NCBI GenBank assembly: GCA_038245785.1
Contig: JBBRSB010000024.1
Location: 13,614-77,613 of the forward strand
Length of the DNA stretch: 64,000 bases
Source: Gloeobacterales cyanobacterium
GTDB taxonomy: Bacteria > Cyanobacteriota > Cyanobacteriia > Gloeobacterales > PMM-0068
Direction of reading: 5' to 3'
Positions 30,472 to 40,453 of the stretch are shown in pieces. Numbering within the stretch: the first letter of the stretch is position 1; every line of letters starts with the position of its first letter. The position numbers and the translations under genes were made by a program. Under the pieces are notes generated by a model that did no database searches, had not been told where the DNA came from, and saw nothing but the letters and a program-made list of their open reading frames with translations.

Positions 30472-32169
30472 TCACTCTGAGGGAAAAGAATCGCTTAACC
30501 CTGCCCGTTTGCGGAGGGCTTGAGGGCTATTGTCACAAAGCGTCCAATTCCGTCGGAAGAAGCGAGCTAAGTCACTCTCCGCTAGAGGCAAATAGATGGG
30601 GCGACCGTGGGGACAGGTCTGGGGATTTTGGGTGTTGAGCCAGCGGTCCAAGAGGTTTTGCATATAGGGCAAATCTAAAGGCGTTCCATTGCGGACTGCC
30701 GTGCGACAGGCCAGACTGGCACAGGCCGCATCTAAGTCCGAGCAGCTACTAAGTTCACGCAAAGCTTCGGCGGCGTCCGATCGTTCGTGCAAAAAGAGGG
30801 GAGCCTGACGGATGGCCCAGACATTCTCTCCAAAGGGTTCTAAGACAATGCCCAGGGCTTCAAGATTTTCCTGCTGACGTTGGCTTAGGTTCTCAACCAG
30901 TAGCACTTGGACTAAGTCGATTAATTCCCAGTCTTTTTGGATCTTTTCAAAAAGAACCCTTTCCTCGGCTACATGTTGTTCTACAAGCCATAGCCCTTCT
31001 GGATGTTCGGCTAGGACGTAGTTGTTGCGAATTTGAGCCAAGGCTTTAAGCTTTAGACCCGTATTGTAGACAGCTCCTTCTTCTTTCAGCGTCTTGAGCA
31101 TCGCTGAGCGAAATAACCTGGAGTCTTGACTGGGGAGCGTCTCCGCTAGTACCTGCGCCAGGGTATTTTGGATTTGTTGGATCAGAGCGGGCTGATCTTG
31201 GCATTGGACCGTGGTTTTTGCAGGATGGACATTCCAGTTCAGCCGCTCAGCAGGAAGTTCTAGGTTAACCACACACAGGGGATATCTGCCTTTAGGCAAA
31301 GTGCGTCTAAAGACCTGACTGACCCCTTCAATCAGAGCTTTGTCCTCAATACGACGACCATTGATCGTGAAAATGAGCCAGTCAGGGCGGGGGCGCGTAT
31401 AGCGATTCGGTAAGCCAGCGGTGACCGTAATTTTCTCCGTCGGGGTAAACGTCGAACCTTCGGCTAAATCGCTAGGTTCTAGGCGTGGAAAAAGTTGGAG
31501 CAGAATATCCTTGGCACTATTCCCCGGCCAGAGCGAAAGTTTTGGCGCAAGGGCTACATCCTTCTGTCCGTTAGATTCTCCGATATAAACCTGCCAGGTG
31601 ACTTGGGGATGCGCTAGAGCCTGATATTTTATCCATTGCAGAATAGCCGCAACTTCCTTTTGCAGGTTGAGAAATCGGCGACGAACGGGCATCTGACCGA
31701 AGACATTGTTGACGGTGACTACCGTCCCCAAACCTGCGCCTTGAGGTTTTTGTTCGATCACCTGACCTTGATGGTCGTAGCGTTGCCAGGAAGCTAAGGT
31801 CTGATCTGAGGAACGGGTCACTAAAACCAAGTCTCCAACCATCGCTAAGGCGTGCAGCCCTTCTCCTCGAAAACCTAAGGTCCTTACTTGCCAGAGGTCT
31901 GCCACCGACTTGATTTTAGAAGTGTGGTGGGAGAGGGCGCAGACCAGAGCATCTTCTAGAGGCATCCCTCGACCATCATCACTGACTTGAATGGTCCAGC
32001 GCTGAGGCCAAATACAGACGGAAATACGACGCGCGCCAGCATCCAGACTGTTGTCCACCAATTCGCGAACTACCGCAACCAGCGAATCTATGATTTCGCC
32101 AGCCGCAATCAGGTGAACCAGCTCGGAAGATAAGCTGTGGATAGAGGGAGAGGCCATGGGCAGTGTCAA
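30472..32169 (-). CDS. mutL: DNA mismatch repair endonuclease MutL
   Basis: IAAGE, ELVDNSLDAGA, HHTSK, TLGFRGEGL, NVHPAK, ACR, CPHGRP. Confidence 0.95.
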   Translation of the reverse strand: MTLPMASPSIHSLSSELVHLIAAGEIIDSLVAVVRELVDNSLDAGARRISVCIWPQRWTIQVSDDGRGMPLEDALVCALSHHTSKIKSVADLWQVRTLGFRGEGLHALAMVGDLVLVTRSSDQTLASWQRYDHQGQVIEQKPQGAGLGTVVTVNNVFGQMPVRRRFLNLQKEVAAILQWIKYQALAHPQVTWQVYIGESNGQKDVALAPKLSLWPGNSAKDILLQLFPRLEPSDLAEGSTFTPTEKITVTAGLPNRYTRPRPDWLIFTINGRRIEDKALIEGVSQVFRRTLPKGRYPLCVVNLELPAERLNWNVHPAKTTVQCQDQPALIQQIQNTLAQVLAETLPSQDSRLFRSAMLKTLKEEGAVYNTGLKLKALAQIRNNYVLAEHPEGLWLVEQHVAEERVLFEKIQKDWELIDLVQVLLVENLSQRQQENLEALGIVLEPFGENVWAIRQAPLFLHERSDAAEALRELSSCSDLDAACASLACRTAVRNGTPLDLPYMQNLLDRWLNTQNPQTCPHGRPIYLPLAESDLARFFRRNWTLCDNSPQALRKRAGLSDSFPSE

Positions 32170-32238
32170 GGAGCACCCATTCTGTCTATTTTCTATTCTC
32201 TTAGATCAGGTTACAGGCCAAGACTAATGAATGCTCCC

Positions 32239-32745
32239 CTAGTCAAAGTAAAACAGGGTCACGATTTTACGCTGCTCTTCCGCCTGTCTACAGGTTTCTA
32301 GTAGGGTTTCAGAGTCATGAAAAGCAAAACAGATCAGTTGCTGACACTTGGCAACGATTTCAGCATTGCAGAGAGTGCTGGCTTCGGCTAGTGGTAGTTC
32401 ATCCCGTTCGGGATGTTCTACTAACTGGACTACCTGTTCAAGCTGGTCTTGGGATTCTTTGGGTTGACGGGCTAAACTCTGAGGCAAAATAACGGTTACG
32501 GCATTGGGGTCAGCCCGCATGGCTCCACGAATCACCGCAGCATTCGTTCCACCGGAACCAGAAGTAAGCATTCGGTTTCCGGAAAGAGCCAAAGCATAGC
32601 TTAGTAACTCAATGAGCTGCTGATGACCTAGCGGTAAATGGCGGGAGCCCAGGATAGCTATTTGTTTAGAACCTGTATTTTGGATGGTGAGGAGTTCCTC
32701 TAAAAACTCATCCACAGAAGCGACATTAGTAAAGGAGCGGGTCAA
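32239..32745 (-). CDS. Conserved cyanobacterial SLOG/DprA-like Rossmann-fold protein
   Basis: IAILGSRH.P..HQQLIELLSYAL, TSG..GTNAAVIRGA, ICFAFHDSETLL, KIVTLFYFD. Confidence 0.7.
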   Translation of the reverse strand: MTRSFTNVASVDEFLEELLTIQNTGSKQIAILGSRHLPLGHQQLIELLSYALALSGNRMLTSGSGGTNAAVIRGAMRADPNAVTVILPQSLARQPKESQDQLEQVVQLVEHPERDELPLAEASTLCNAEIVAKCQQLICFAFHDSETLLETCRQAEEQRKIVTLFYFD

Positions 32746-32876
32746 GGTTGCTTTCCTTCAGACTTAGCACAAGACAGTAAGGCAATGCCCCTAGTCTATC
32801 AGGACGTGCTCGGACAATCTCAAACAATCGTTAAGCAAACTAGAGGAATTTTCTAGATTATGGTGAGTTCCCACAG

Positions 32877-33650
32877 TTATGGCAGCTTGCGCACCTGGGC
32901 AAAACCGACGAGTACCAGCTTCCCAGGTTTAATGGACAGCCGAAGAACACGGGCTGTGATGTTTTGCGCCTCTAACTGATTGAGGTCTACCAATTGATTG
33001 ACTCCCCCCAAAAATAGGGTGGTCAATTCGGTGGGAACGGGTGTGCCATCTAGGGAAAAGACTGGATTGACAAAGCGGACGGTGGTTCCACGATCCACTT
33101 TGACTCCCGTGCGAAAACGGACTGCCACCGTTTGATCGCTTTGCTCTGGGGTGCTGAGCTTGGCTTGAACTTCGACGATGCCCTCTTGCAAGGAGATCTT
33201 CGGCTCAGAAAAAGTAATGCGCTGTACTTGCCCGGACCCCCCTAAAACACCAGGAATTTCCGCTCGAAGATTCTGAAATGCTTTGATTGCTTCCGGACTA
33301 TTCAGCGTTTTGTTTAAGTCTTCTTCAGTCAATTCCAAGTGAACAGCTGCTTGGAGAGGATTCTTCAAACCGACTTTCGCCCCAGAAAAATTGAGGCTGA
33401 CAGGGTCTGTTTCCATCTCCGCTACTGCAACCCGAAAAGGCTGACGAACCACTCCTCGGGCCGCGAACTGGACCCGTTCGACTTCCCCGTTGACTAACTG
33501 ATAGTTTGGTCGGCTAACAACCCGTACTTCCAGTCGATCAGCATGGTCCACCTGCTTGAGGAGTAAATCTTTAGCGATTTGTTCGAGGCTATAACCACCC
33601 AAATTACCCAGGGTAGCCAGAAGGACTATTACAGAAACGAGCCAAGGCAT
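32877..33650 (-). CDS. DUF2993 (LmeA-like) protein
   Basis: Signal/anchor helix; PNYQL..G; ETDP; LTEEDLN..LNSP pattern. Confidence 0.7.
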   Translation of the reverse strand: MPWLVSVIVLLATLGNLGGYSLEQIAKDLLLKQVDHADRLEVRVVSRPNYQLVNGEVERVQFAARGVVRQPFRVAVAEMETDPVSLNFSGAKVGLKNPLQAAVHLELTEEDLNKTLNSPEAIKAFQNLRAEIPGVLGGSGQVQRITFSEPKISLQEGIVEVQAKLSTPEQSDQTVAVRFRTGVKVDRGTTVRFVNPVFSLDGTPVPTELTTLFLGGVNQLVDLNQLEAQNITARVLRLSIKPGKLVLVGFAQVRKLP

Positions 33651-33658
33651 ACCCAGAC

Positions 33659-34639
33659 CTAACGAGGATACTTAACCTTCACGAAGCCAATCTCATAAAG
33701 TTGCTGATAGGCCTGTTTGGCTATAGGGCGGTCGGGTTGTTGAGATTGAACAATGCGGACCAAAAGAGGAACGGCTAGCTCAGGCTTATCTTCTGCCCGG
33801 TGGACAAGGGCTAACTGATAGCTGGCCTCATCCCGGACAATAGCAGCGGTAAGCGCCAGTTGCTTTTCTTCTTCAGAAATACGGTTATCGATGCCAACAA
33901 AAGACTTGTTCAAGGCCTGGTGAAAAATAGAGATTTGACTCAGCGTGGTGACGGCTTCTTTCGCTTTACCCACCGCTTGGGGAAACTTTCGAGCTTGAGC
34001 TAAGTCCCCGGATTCTTTTAGGAGATTTTTGGCGGACTCAATCGTCAGAAAGCTGCCAGCATTTTCTATTTGCTTTACCTGGGCATCAGCAGGATAGACA
34101 CTTTTGACAAACCCCACGGCATAGAGCTTTTGGTAGGCGGCTTTACCCAAATCTCGGTCAGGTTGTTCTGATTGAACGACTCGGGTCAAGAGGGGAATTG
34201 CTAGCTGGGGTTTGCCGCCGCCGATATGGGCATCGGCCAGCTGGAGGAGCGTCTCATCTCTTTTGACGGCTGCCTGAACTGCTAGTTCTCTCTCGTTGGC
34301 TGAAACTTTGGTATCAATTCCACTAAAGGCTGCTGACAGGGATTGATGAAGATTAGAAAGCTGGTTCAGCATAGTAATTGCTTCTTGCGTCTTCTGCACG
34401 GCTTCGGGAAAACGCTTAGCTTCAAGGGCATCTTTCCCTTGCTTAATCAATTGGTCTGCAGCGGCAGGACTCAAAATGCTACTTTCGGTCTCCAACTGGC
34501 GAAACTGCTGAGCGTCAGGGATGGAAACGGATTCCTTTTCCTTTGGGAGAGAAGCTGCATCCACCGATGGTGCCTTGGTTTGAGCCATTGCAGCAGGAGC
34601 CAGCAGGAGCAGACAGAGGAAAAGTAAAATGTGCCGCAT
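33659..34639 (-). CDS. Secreted TPR-like helical protein composed of two tandem homologous domains
   Basis: Signal peptide from ATG 34639. Two ~140-aa repeats, each ending P.LA.PLL..(V)VQS.QPDR....AYQ.LY.(V/I)GFVK..YP. Confidence 0.7.
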   Translation of the reverse strand: MRHILLFLCLLLLAPAAMAQTKAPSVDAASLPKEKESVSIPDAQQFRQLETESSILSPAAADQLIKQGKDALEAKRFPEAVQKTQEAITMLNQLSNLHQSLSAAFSGIDTKVSANERELAVQAAVKRDETLLQLADAHIGGGKPQLAIPLLTRVVQSEQPDRDLGKAAYQKLYAVGFVKSVYPADAQVKQIENAGSFLTIESAKNLLKESGDLAQARKFPQAVGKAKEAVTTLSQISIFHQALNKSFVGIDNRISEEEKQLALTAAIVRDEASYQLALVHRAEDKPELAVPLLVRIVQSQQPDRPIAKQAYQQLYEIGFVKVKYPR

Positions 34640-34794
34640 GAGGATACCCAGTAGAATAGTAGACGTGTGCGTTCCGCTCAAACTCCGCGATTCTATCACG
34701 CGGGCAGTCTCTAGATAGAGCTAACCTAGCCGTTCTGACCTTATAATTCGGTCTCAAGCTCAGCCGTATTCTCTTCCTCACTACTTCCGCACAA

Positions 34795-37197
34795 ATGAAT
34801 CCTTTTCTGCCTCGAATGCCCCGTGGCAAGCCCTTGCCGACCCCTGCGGCCCTCGTTAAAAAGGTTAATAAGCTTTCGTTCCAAAGGTCTCTATTTACGG
34901 TAGGAGCGATTCTATTGTTAAGTTTGGCCTTAGGCGTGCGCTTCTATAACGAGCCTCAAGTGACTGTGGGCTATAAGGCTACAGAGACGATCCTGGCACC
35001 GCGCGATGCGACTGTTACGGACCGGGAAGCGACAGAGGTTGCCAAAGAAAATGCCCGTCGCCAGATGATCCAGGTTTATCAGCCTTTGAGTGAAGTCGAT
35101 ACGCAGGTCAAGGACCGTCTAGCCTCCCTGATCGAACAAGTGAACCGCCTACGTGGCGTTTTGGGCCCTTTCCCCTTTGCTGATACGAGTTTTCTGACTA
35201 CTGAAAAGCAGCGCCAGCTGTTGCTCCTCAAAGAGCAGGACTGGCAGTCGTTGCGTTCACAATGGCTGTCTCCCGAGCGTAATCCTGGCACGGGCACCCC
35301 TTTACCTTCCAGCATCGATCGTGCCCCGCTGCAGGTTCGCCAAGCACTAGTTGCCCGCGTTGGGGTCGCTCGCCAGAAGTACCGACAGGTTCAGGAACTG
35401 CTTCCCACGATCAACCCTCTTCTCAGAACGGGAGGCATCATTTCCTTCAATGGCAGCGATCCAGCCCCACTTCTAGACCTATCCGATGCTCAATGGCAAG
35501 GCATCCGGGCTCAAGCAAAATTGATAACAGAAAGAATTTTAGCCATGGGCGTTCTTCCTGGTGTTCCAGAAGAAATGAAGATACGGGGGATTAAAGCCCA
35601 GATTCCGGTCGATTGGAATCAAGCGGAACGAAGAGTCGTGCTTGTTCTGGTAGAGACGGTTCTTGAGCCCAACTTGAAAGTTGACCAATTGGCAACGGTC
35701 AGAAAAGTTGAGCGAGAAATTCTTGAAGTAGACCAGGTTGTCTTGCCGATTAAAAAAGGTCAGGTCTTAGTCCAGTCAGGAGAGACCGTCACTCCCCGAT
35801 TGTTTAACATCCTGGACCAGCTGGGCCTTACACAGCGGGGCGTCAATTGGCTCGGTTTAGGGGTTTTGACAGCTATTTTGATCTTCTGTGTCAGTGTTTT
35901 CCAGTGGCTCGTTCCCAAAGCCTTACAGGAGTCTTCTCCTGGAGGAAAAAATTTACGCACTCGAGATTTGCGCCGCGAAGACCAAATTCTGATCTTGGCC
36001 CTGGCTGTGGCTGTGGGGGTGATCGGAGCTGTGTTTTCTCTAGACTGGACCCTATATTTGCCTTTGTCTGCCTTTGGACTACTGGTAGGGAGTTTTTATG
36101 GCACTAATCTAGGTTTTCTGGCGGTATTCTGTTTTCTGCCTCCCTTGATTCAGGGTTGGAACTGGCAGCATCCCTTGTATCTCTTGCTTCCTACTATCGG
36201 CGGTGCTCTAGTGGCGGCTTGGGTTGGCGGTCGCGTTCGTTCGCGGGATGAGATGGCCTTGGGTGGCATCGGGGTGTCCCTGGTCCAAGGGGGCTTGTAT
36301 CTGCTGATTGCCTTAGTGTTGTTGGGACGTCCGCTGGATTGGCAACTCCTCCTAGAAGCGACACAGTGCGCAGCCAGTGGACTGCTGTGGTGTATCGTCG
36401 CGCTGGGGGTAAGTCCTTTTCTAGAGAGTCTGTTCGATTTGGTAACGCCCGTGCGCCTGGTGGAGCTTGCGAACCCCAACCGTCCTTTGTTGAAACGTCT
36501 GGCTACAGAAGCACCAGGCACCTATCAGCACACGCTCTTCGTGGCTAATTTGGCTACGGCTGCTGCCCAAGCGGTAGGCGCAAATGTGGAACTGGTCCGG
36601 GCCGGGACGCTTTATCACGATATTGGCAAGATGGTACGGCCGCTGTACTTCATTGAAAATCAGATGGGGCTTCCTAATCCCCACGATGAGCTGTCTGCAC
36701 CCAAACGTTCTGCTCAGATGATCAAAGCCCATGTGGCCGATGGGCTCAAACTCGCCAAAAAGTACAATCTCCCTCAAGCGATTCGAAATTTTATTCCAGA
36801 ACATCAGGGCACGATTCAGATTGCCTATTTCTATCATCAGGCCCGACAACAAAACCCCGAGGCTGAAATTTCAGAAGAGGACTTTACCTACGATGGACCG
36901 ATTCCCCAAAGCCGGGAGACCGGGCTATTGATGCTAGCGGATGCCTGCGAAGCGGCTCTACGCTCCTTGGCCGATACGGGGGAGGAGGAAGCCTTTGGCA
37001 TGGTCCGGCGTATTCTCCAAAGTCGCTTGAATGATGGACAGTTAGCGGATTCAGGTATTGAAGAGACAGAATTAGCCCTGATTGCTCGGGTTTTTGTCAA
37101 GGTTTGGAAGGAACAAAACCACACCCGCATCCGCTATCCAGCCCTACCTAGTGGTGCTGGTGCGGCCAAGCGTAGACCAAGAGCCTCTATTTCTTAG
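34795..37197 (+). CDS. 7TM-HD (HDIG) phosphohydrolase, PgpH-like c-di-AMP phosphodiesterase
   Basis: Extracellular domain + multiple TM helices + EAPGTYQH, YHDIGK, YFIENQ, HV.DG, EHQGT, MLADACEAA. Confidence 0.87.
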   Translation: MNPFLPRMPRGKPLPTPAALVKKVNKLSFQRSLFTVGAILLLSLALGVRFYNEPQVTVGYKATETILAPRDATVTDREATEVAKENARRQMIQVYQPLSEVDTQVKDRLASLIEQVNRLRGVLGPFPFADTSFLTTEKQRQLLLLKEQDWQSLRSQWLSPERNPGTGTPLPSSIDRAPLQVRQALVARVGVARQKYRQVQELLPTINPLLRTGGIISFNGSDPAPLLDLSDAQWQGIRAQAKLITERILAMGVLPGVPEEMKIRGIKAQIPVDWNQAERRVVLVLVETVLEPNLKVDQLATVRKVEREILEVDQVVLPIKKGQVLVQSGETVTPRLFNILDQLGLTQRGVNWLGLGVLTAILIFCVSVFQWLVPKALQESSPGGKNLRTRDLRREDQILILALAVAVGVIGAVFSLDWTLYLPLSAFGLLVGSFYGTNLGFLAVFCFLPPLIQGWNWQHPLYLLLPTIGGALVAAWVGGRVRSRDEMALGGIGVSLVQGGLYLLIALVLLGRPLDWQLLLEATQCAASGLLWCIVALGVSPFLESLFDLVTPVRLVELANPNRPLLKRLATEAPGTYQHTLFVANLATAAAQAVGANVELVRAGTLYHDIGKMVRPLYFIENQMGLPNPHDELSAPKRSAQMIKAHVADGLKLAKKYNLPQAIRNFIPEHQGTIQIAYFYHQARQQNPEAEISEEDFTYDGPIPQSRETGLLMLADACEAALRSLADTGEEEAFGMVRRILQSRLNDGQLADSGIEETELALIARVFVKVWKEQNHTRIRYPALPSGAGAAKRRPRASIS

Positions 37198-37207
37198 CGC
37201 TGCTTGG

Positions 37208-38536
37208 CTAACTTCCGCGAGAGGCCACCCCAAGATCTCGAAATAGAATTGCAGGCAATTGAGCAGAGCCAAAGATCCAGGTAGTTTCTTTGGAAAGTTC
37301 TTCCAGGTTGCTAAAGGCTTCAAATAAGTTGCCTGCCACCATCGTATTCTTGACCCGACCGACGATCTTTCCCTGCTCGATCTTGTAGCCAAGATCCAAA
37401 TTGACAGAAAATTCTCCCTGGAGTTGGTTGGATTGCCCAGCACCCAAAACCTGGTCTACGATCAGGCCCTCTTTGATACTGGAGACCAATTCATCAAAGC
37501 TGGCCTGGCCTCCATCCATGCAGAGATTCACCACACTAGGGGATGGTCTGGAAAGACCACTCCGAAAGCCGTTGCCTGTGGACTGGACTCCTCCGCGAGC
37601 GGCCCAAACCCGGTCCCAGTAGAAGTTCTGGACTACTCCATCCTGGATAAAATGTTTCGCTTGGGTCGGCGTACCTTCATCATCCACGGGCGTGTGGTTG
37701 ATCCCCCTCGTCGGGTCTTCGTATAGGTTAAGGCGGGGATCAAATAGATGGAGCCCTTCTTTCCCTAACAAGGGAGAAGCTTTCTGGACCACCATTTGAC
37801 CGTTAAACGCTGTTCTAAATAAGCTTCCCAAGACAAAAGCGGCAGCCCGTGGCGTAAAAATGACCGGTAGTTTTCCGCTTTGAACAGAGGCCATGGAGCT
37901 CGCTCGCTGATACTTTTCAATCAGTTCAGTAGCCAGTGCGGCGTAATCTGGTTCACCGTCGCGCTCTGTGGCGTAGCTATAAATCTCCAGAAAATCCTGG
38001 CCCCGAACTAAATTGCCCGATAGAGAGGCGGAGACCACGGTGCTTGTTTCTTTGGCAAAGGCTCCTCCAGTTGTGGCAATGGCAGAATGCGCCTTTTTGA
38101 CGGTGAATCCTGCACTGACCAAAATATCGGGGTTGAACTGGTGCATCTTTTCAATCAGGGCTTCTCCCCGCTGAACTAGCGCGTTCGTGCTTGGAGGGGC
38201 GTAGGAGGACGGCTCAGTGTGAAAAGTGCTTGACTTGGCAAACTCGAATTCTGCTGGATCGCCAATGGCAGCCGTCGCAATCGCTGCATCCACGAGTTCT
38301 TCCATTCGGGAAAGGTCTGTAGAAGAGGCAAAGCCCACACGGCCTTCATGAATGACCCGTAGGGCTACTCCTTGAATCGCTTTGGTGGTCAAAGATTTCA
38401 GACGATTGCTCTCAAACTCTACGGGCGTTTCAGCTCGGTCCAGATAATAGACTTCTGCTTCCACCTTTCGCGCACGGGCCATGCCCAGCAATTTTTCTAC
38501 CAGGGGTGCCGATACTATGGGAAGCACTTCTGTCAC
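37208..38536 (-). CDS. TldD/PmbA-family protein (PmbA/TldE-like)
   Basis: GVALRVI..GRVGFASS, DDEGTP, STGNG.R, GEFSV...GY.IE.G.I; no HExxH motif. Confidence 0.85.
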   Translation of the reverse strand: MTEVLPIVSAPLVEKLLGMARARKVEAEVYYLDRAETPVEFESNRLKSLTTKAIQGVALRVIHEGRVGFASSTDLSRMEELVDAAIATAAIGDPAEFEFAKSSTFHTEPSSYAPPSTNALVQRGEALIEKMHQFNPDILVSAGFTVKKAHSAIATTGGAFAKETSTVVSASLSGNLVRGQDFLEIYSYATERDGEPDYAALATELIEKYQRASSMASVQSGKLPVIFTPRAAAFVLGSLFRTAFNGQMVVQKASPLLGKEGLHLFDPRLNLYEDPTRGINHTPVDDEGTPTQAKHFIQDGVVQNFYWDRVWAARGGVQSTGNGFRSGLSRPSPSVVNLCMDGGQASFDELVSSIKEGLIVDQVLGAGQSNQLQGEFSVNLDLGYKIEQGKIVGRVKNTMVAGNLFEAFSNLEELSKETTWIFGSAQLPAILFRDLGVASRGS

Positions 38537-38578
38537 AATGGTCTCTCCAAAGGTCCTGCTTCCCAGTGTAGGTCAGGG

Positions 38579-39550
38579 GTGGATAGTCATCTGCGTGTCA
38601 GCAACTTATGGGGAATACTTCTGAGCTTATTAGGGTTCTACCTAGGGGCTTGTAGTGTCATTCCAGACAGGTCTTTGATAGAACGGACCAAGCAGACTGT
38701 CTTAGACAAACCGACGTTTGGACTGGAGACCTCGGACCTCTACTATCCTGATTGGTTTTTGGGCCGTTGGCAGGTGGTTGCTACGCTTGAATCTTTTGAA
38801 GCTCCCCAAGGACAGTATGGGGACCGAGCCAGCATAGAGCAGGCGATCAAAGAGCAGGGGCGTTCGGTACGCTATCCGGTGCGTTTTTATAGAAATGAAC
38901 AAGGCAAAGTTATTGCAGACCGTGCTTTCAATGCTAAATCGATTACTGAAGCCTACCTAGGTCCTAAAACGGTCCGTGAAGTCATCTTTGACCCCCAGCG
39001 TCCAGACCGGCAGACGGTTCTTTTGCTCAGTGGCAGCAGAGGAGAGCTTTATATTACCCAGCGTCGCAGTGAGTCTCCTGAGCCTTCCCAATTTAATACG
39101 TTAGAGTTTTATCGTCAGGTTTTGGGGACCTTAACGGGTGTGCCCAAAACTAAAGATATTGAGGCGGTGACGCTCTATCGCCGCAGCTCAGACCCGAAAA
39201 AATTTCAGGCTCTTCAGCAAACGGCTGTTTTCCTGGTGCCCACAGACCCAGCCTACTTCCAAAGTCAAAATAAGGCGGTCACCCTCTACCGATATCGTCT
39301 TGATTTTAGCAGGAACCCCTCCCCTAGCCTCTTAATCTCAATTCCACCCCTCAGTCCCTACGGGACAGCTCCCCACCCTTCGGGAAGGCTTCGCCTACGA
39401 AGGGGGAGCCTTTTCTGGAAAGAGAAAGCTTTGGGGGCAGGGATAGAACGGAGGGGATGCGAGAACACTATACGAACAAGCCCATCTCTAGAGCACGCAA
39501 AATGCGTGGTAGCCCTACTACCTCCGAGCGTAAGCTCTGGTACAAATTAG
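38579..39550 (+). CDS. Conserved hypothetical lipoprotein (DUF6816-like); C-terminus reads through into an inverted-repeat element
   Basis: Lipobox LGAC; DLYYPDWF.G.W, ADRAFN, YRYRL. GTG 38579 is the probable start. The last ~75 aa are encoded by the repeat element. Confidence 0.65.
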   Translation: MDSHLRVSNLWGILLSLLGFYLGACSVIPDRSLIERTKQTVLDKPTFGLETSDLYYPDWFLGRWQVVATLESFEAPQGQYGDRASIEQAIKEQGRSVRYPVRFYRNEQGKVIADRAFNAKSITEAYLGPKTVREVIFDPQRPDRQTVLLLSGSRGELYITQRRSESPEPSQFNTLEFYRQVLGTLTGVPKTKDIEAVTLYRRSSDPKKFQALQQTAVFLVPTDPAYFQSQNKAVTLYRYRLDFSRNPSPSLLISIPPLSPYGTAPHPSGRLRLRRGSLFWKEKALGAGIERRGCENTIRTSPSLEHAKCVVALLPPSVSSGTN

Positions 39551-39734
39551 TGATCTCAGAAAGTTTAGGTTTCCGCGTAGTCCGTTTCACAAACGATGAA
39601 GTGACCTATCGCTTTGGCAGCGTCTGTAGCCAAATCCGAGCCATCCTTCTCCTCCCAGAATAGGTTCCCCTTCGTAGGCGAAGCCTTCCCGAAGGGTGGG
39701 GAGCTGTCCCGTAGGGACTGAGGGGTGGAATTGA
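39338..39734. mobile_element. MITE/REPIN-like element: perfect 68-bp terminal inverted repeats (39338-39405 / 39667-39734) enclosing a DUF559 remnant
   Basis: TCAATTCCACCCCTCAGTCCCTACGGGACAGCTCCCCACCCTTCGGGAAGGCTTCGCCTACGAAGGGG and its exact reverse complement. Each arm contains internal hairpins. Confidence 0.75.
39457..39663 (+). pseudogene. DUF559 (Vsr-like endonuclease) with internal deletion
   Basis: N-terminal RARKMR..PT.SERKLW..L joined directly to C-terminal ESLGFRVVRFTNDEV. The central DF...IE.DG..H core is absent. Confidence 0.75.
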
Positions 39735-39785
39735 TGGCCTGCGTAGCGGTGGTAAAATTGTGGCACCCATGCTTCAGGGCCATCC

Positions 39786-40442
39786 ATGGTCCATACGTTT
39801 CGAGAGCGCTATCCCACTGGAGGTATTCTGACCGACCTGCTGAGAGTCGAGCAGGGGCTTTTTGTGGTGCGGGCGGAAGTTCGAGTAGATGACCGTACGA
39901 TTCTTGCTACGGGCCTTGCCGCCGCCGCAGACCTGGAAAAGGCTGAAGAAAGAGCGATCGAACGGGCCTTTGAGCATTTGGGGATGCAAACTCGCTCGAG
40001 AACAGGCTGGAGCCCAGAGCCCTCCCTGGCCTCTGAGCGAAAAATTGAGTCAGGACCTCTCCGTCGTTCTCTGAACGGTTCTTTTAAAGGAAGTGAGATT
40101 GGCTCTTCCCTTTCCTTGAGCGAGGAATTGGATAATCTGGAGCCTGATTCTAGTGCATCCATTTCACCGGGTTCATCGAGTCCGTCACGCTTAAATAAAA
40201 ACTTTTCCAAAGATCTCCCTGAACAAGAAATCTCGATGGACCTCTCTGAGCTGATCGCCCAAACTAATGTTGAGATGAAGCGCATTGGTTGGATGGCCAA
40301 ACAGGGGCAAGACTACCTGCAACGTACTTTTGGCAAGCGTTCTCGCCAGCAGTTAGACGAAGAAGAACTCGCAGAATTTTTAGAATTTCTCAAAAATCAG
40401 CCCACCCAAATGGCTAATCGTAGGCCCCAAGCCCCTTTCTAA
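39786..40442 (+). CDS. Conserved cyanobacterial hypothetical protein
   Basis: FR.RYP.G...T.L...F.VRA.V......LATGLAA...LE.AE.RA; C-terminal D.SE.IAQT..EMKR.GW...QG..YL..TFGKRSRQ.L. Confidence 0.7.
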   Translation: MVHTFRERYPTGGILTDLLRVEQGLFVVRAEVRVDDRTILATGLAAAADLEKAEERAIERAFEHLGMQTRSRTGWSPEPSLASERKIESGPLRRSLNGSFKGSEIGSSLSLSEELDNLEPDSSASISPGSSSPSRLNKNFSKDLPEQEISMDLSELIAQTNVEMKRIGWMAKQGQDYLQRTFGKRSRQQLDEEELAEFLEFLKNQPTQMANRRPQAPF

Positions 40443-40453
40443 CAGTCTGTAGG

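Noticed and set aside
30950..30990. MutL endonuclease motif variant EQHVAEERVLFE
   Set aside because: The metal-binding ACR and CPHGRP motifs are intact; the variation is not enough to claim altered function.
38372..38578. N-terminal extension of ORF 38372-39550, and similar extensions at 10605, 17951, 29449, 42721 and 60102
   Set aside because: These overlap neighbouring genes or lack homology; downstream starts fit better.
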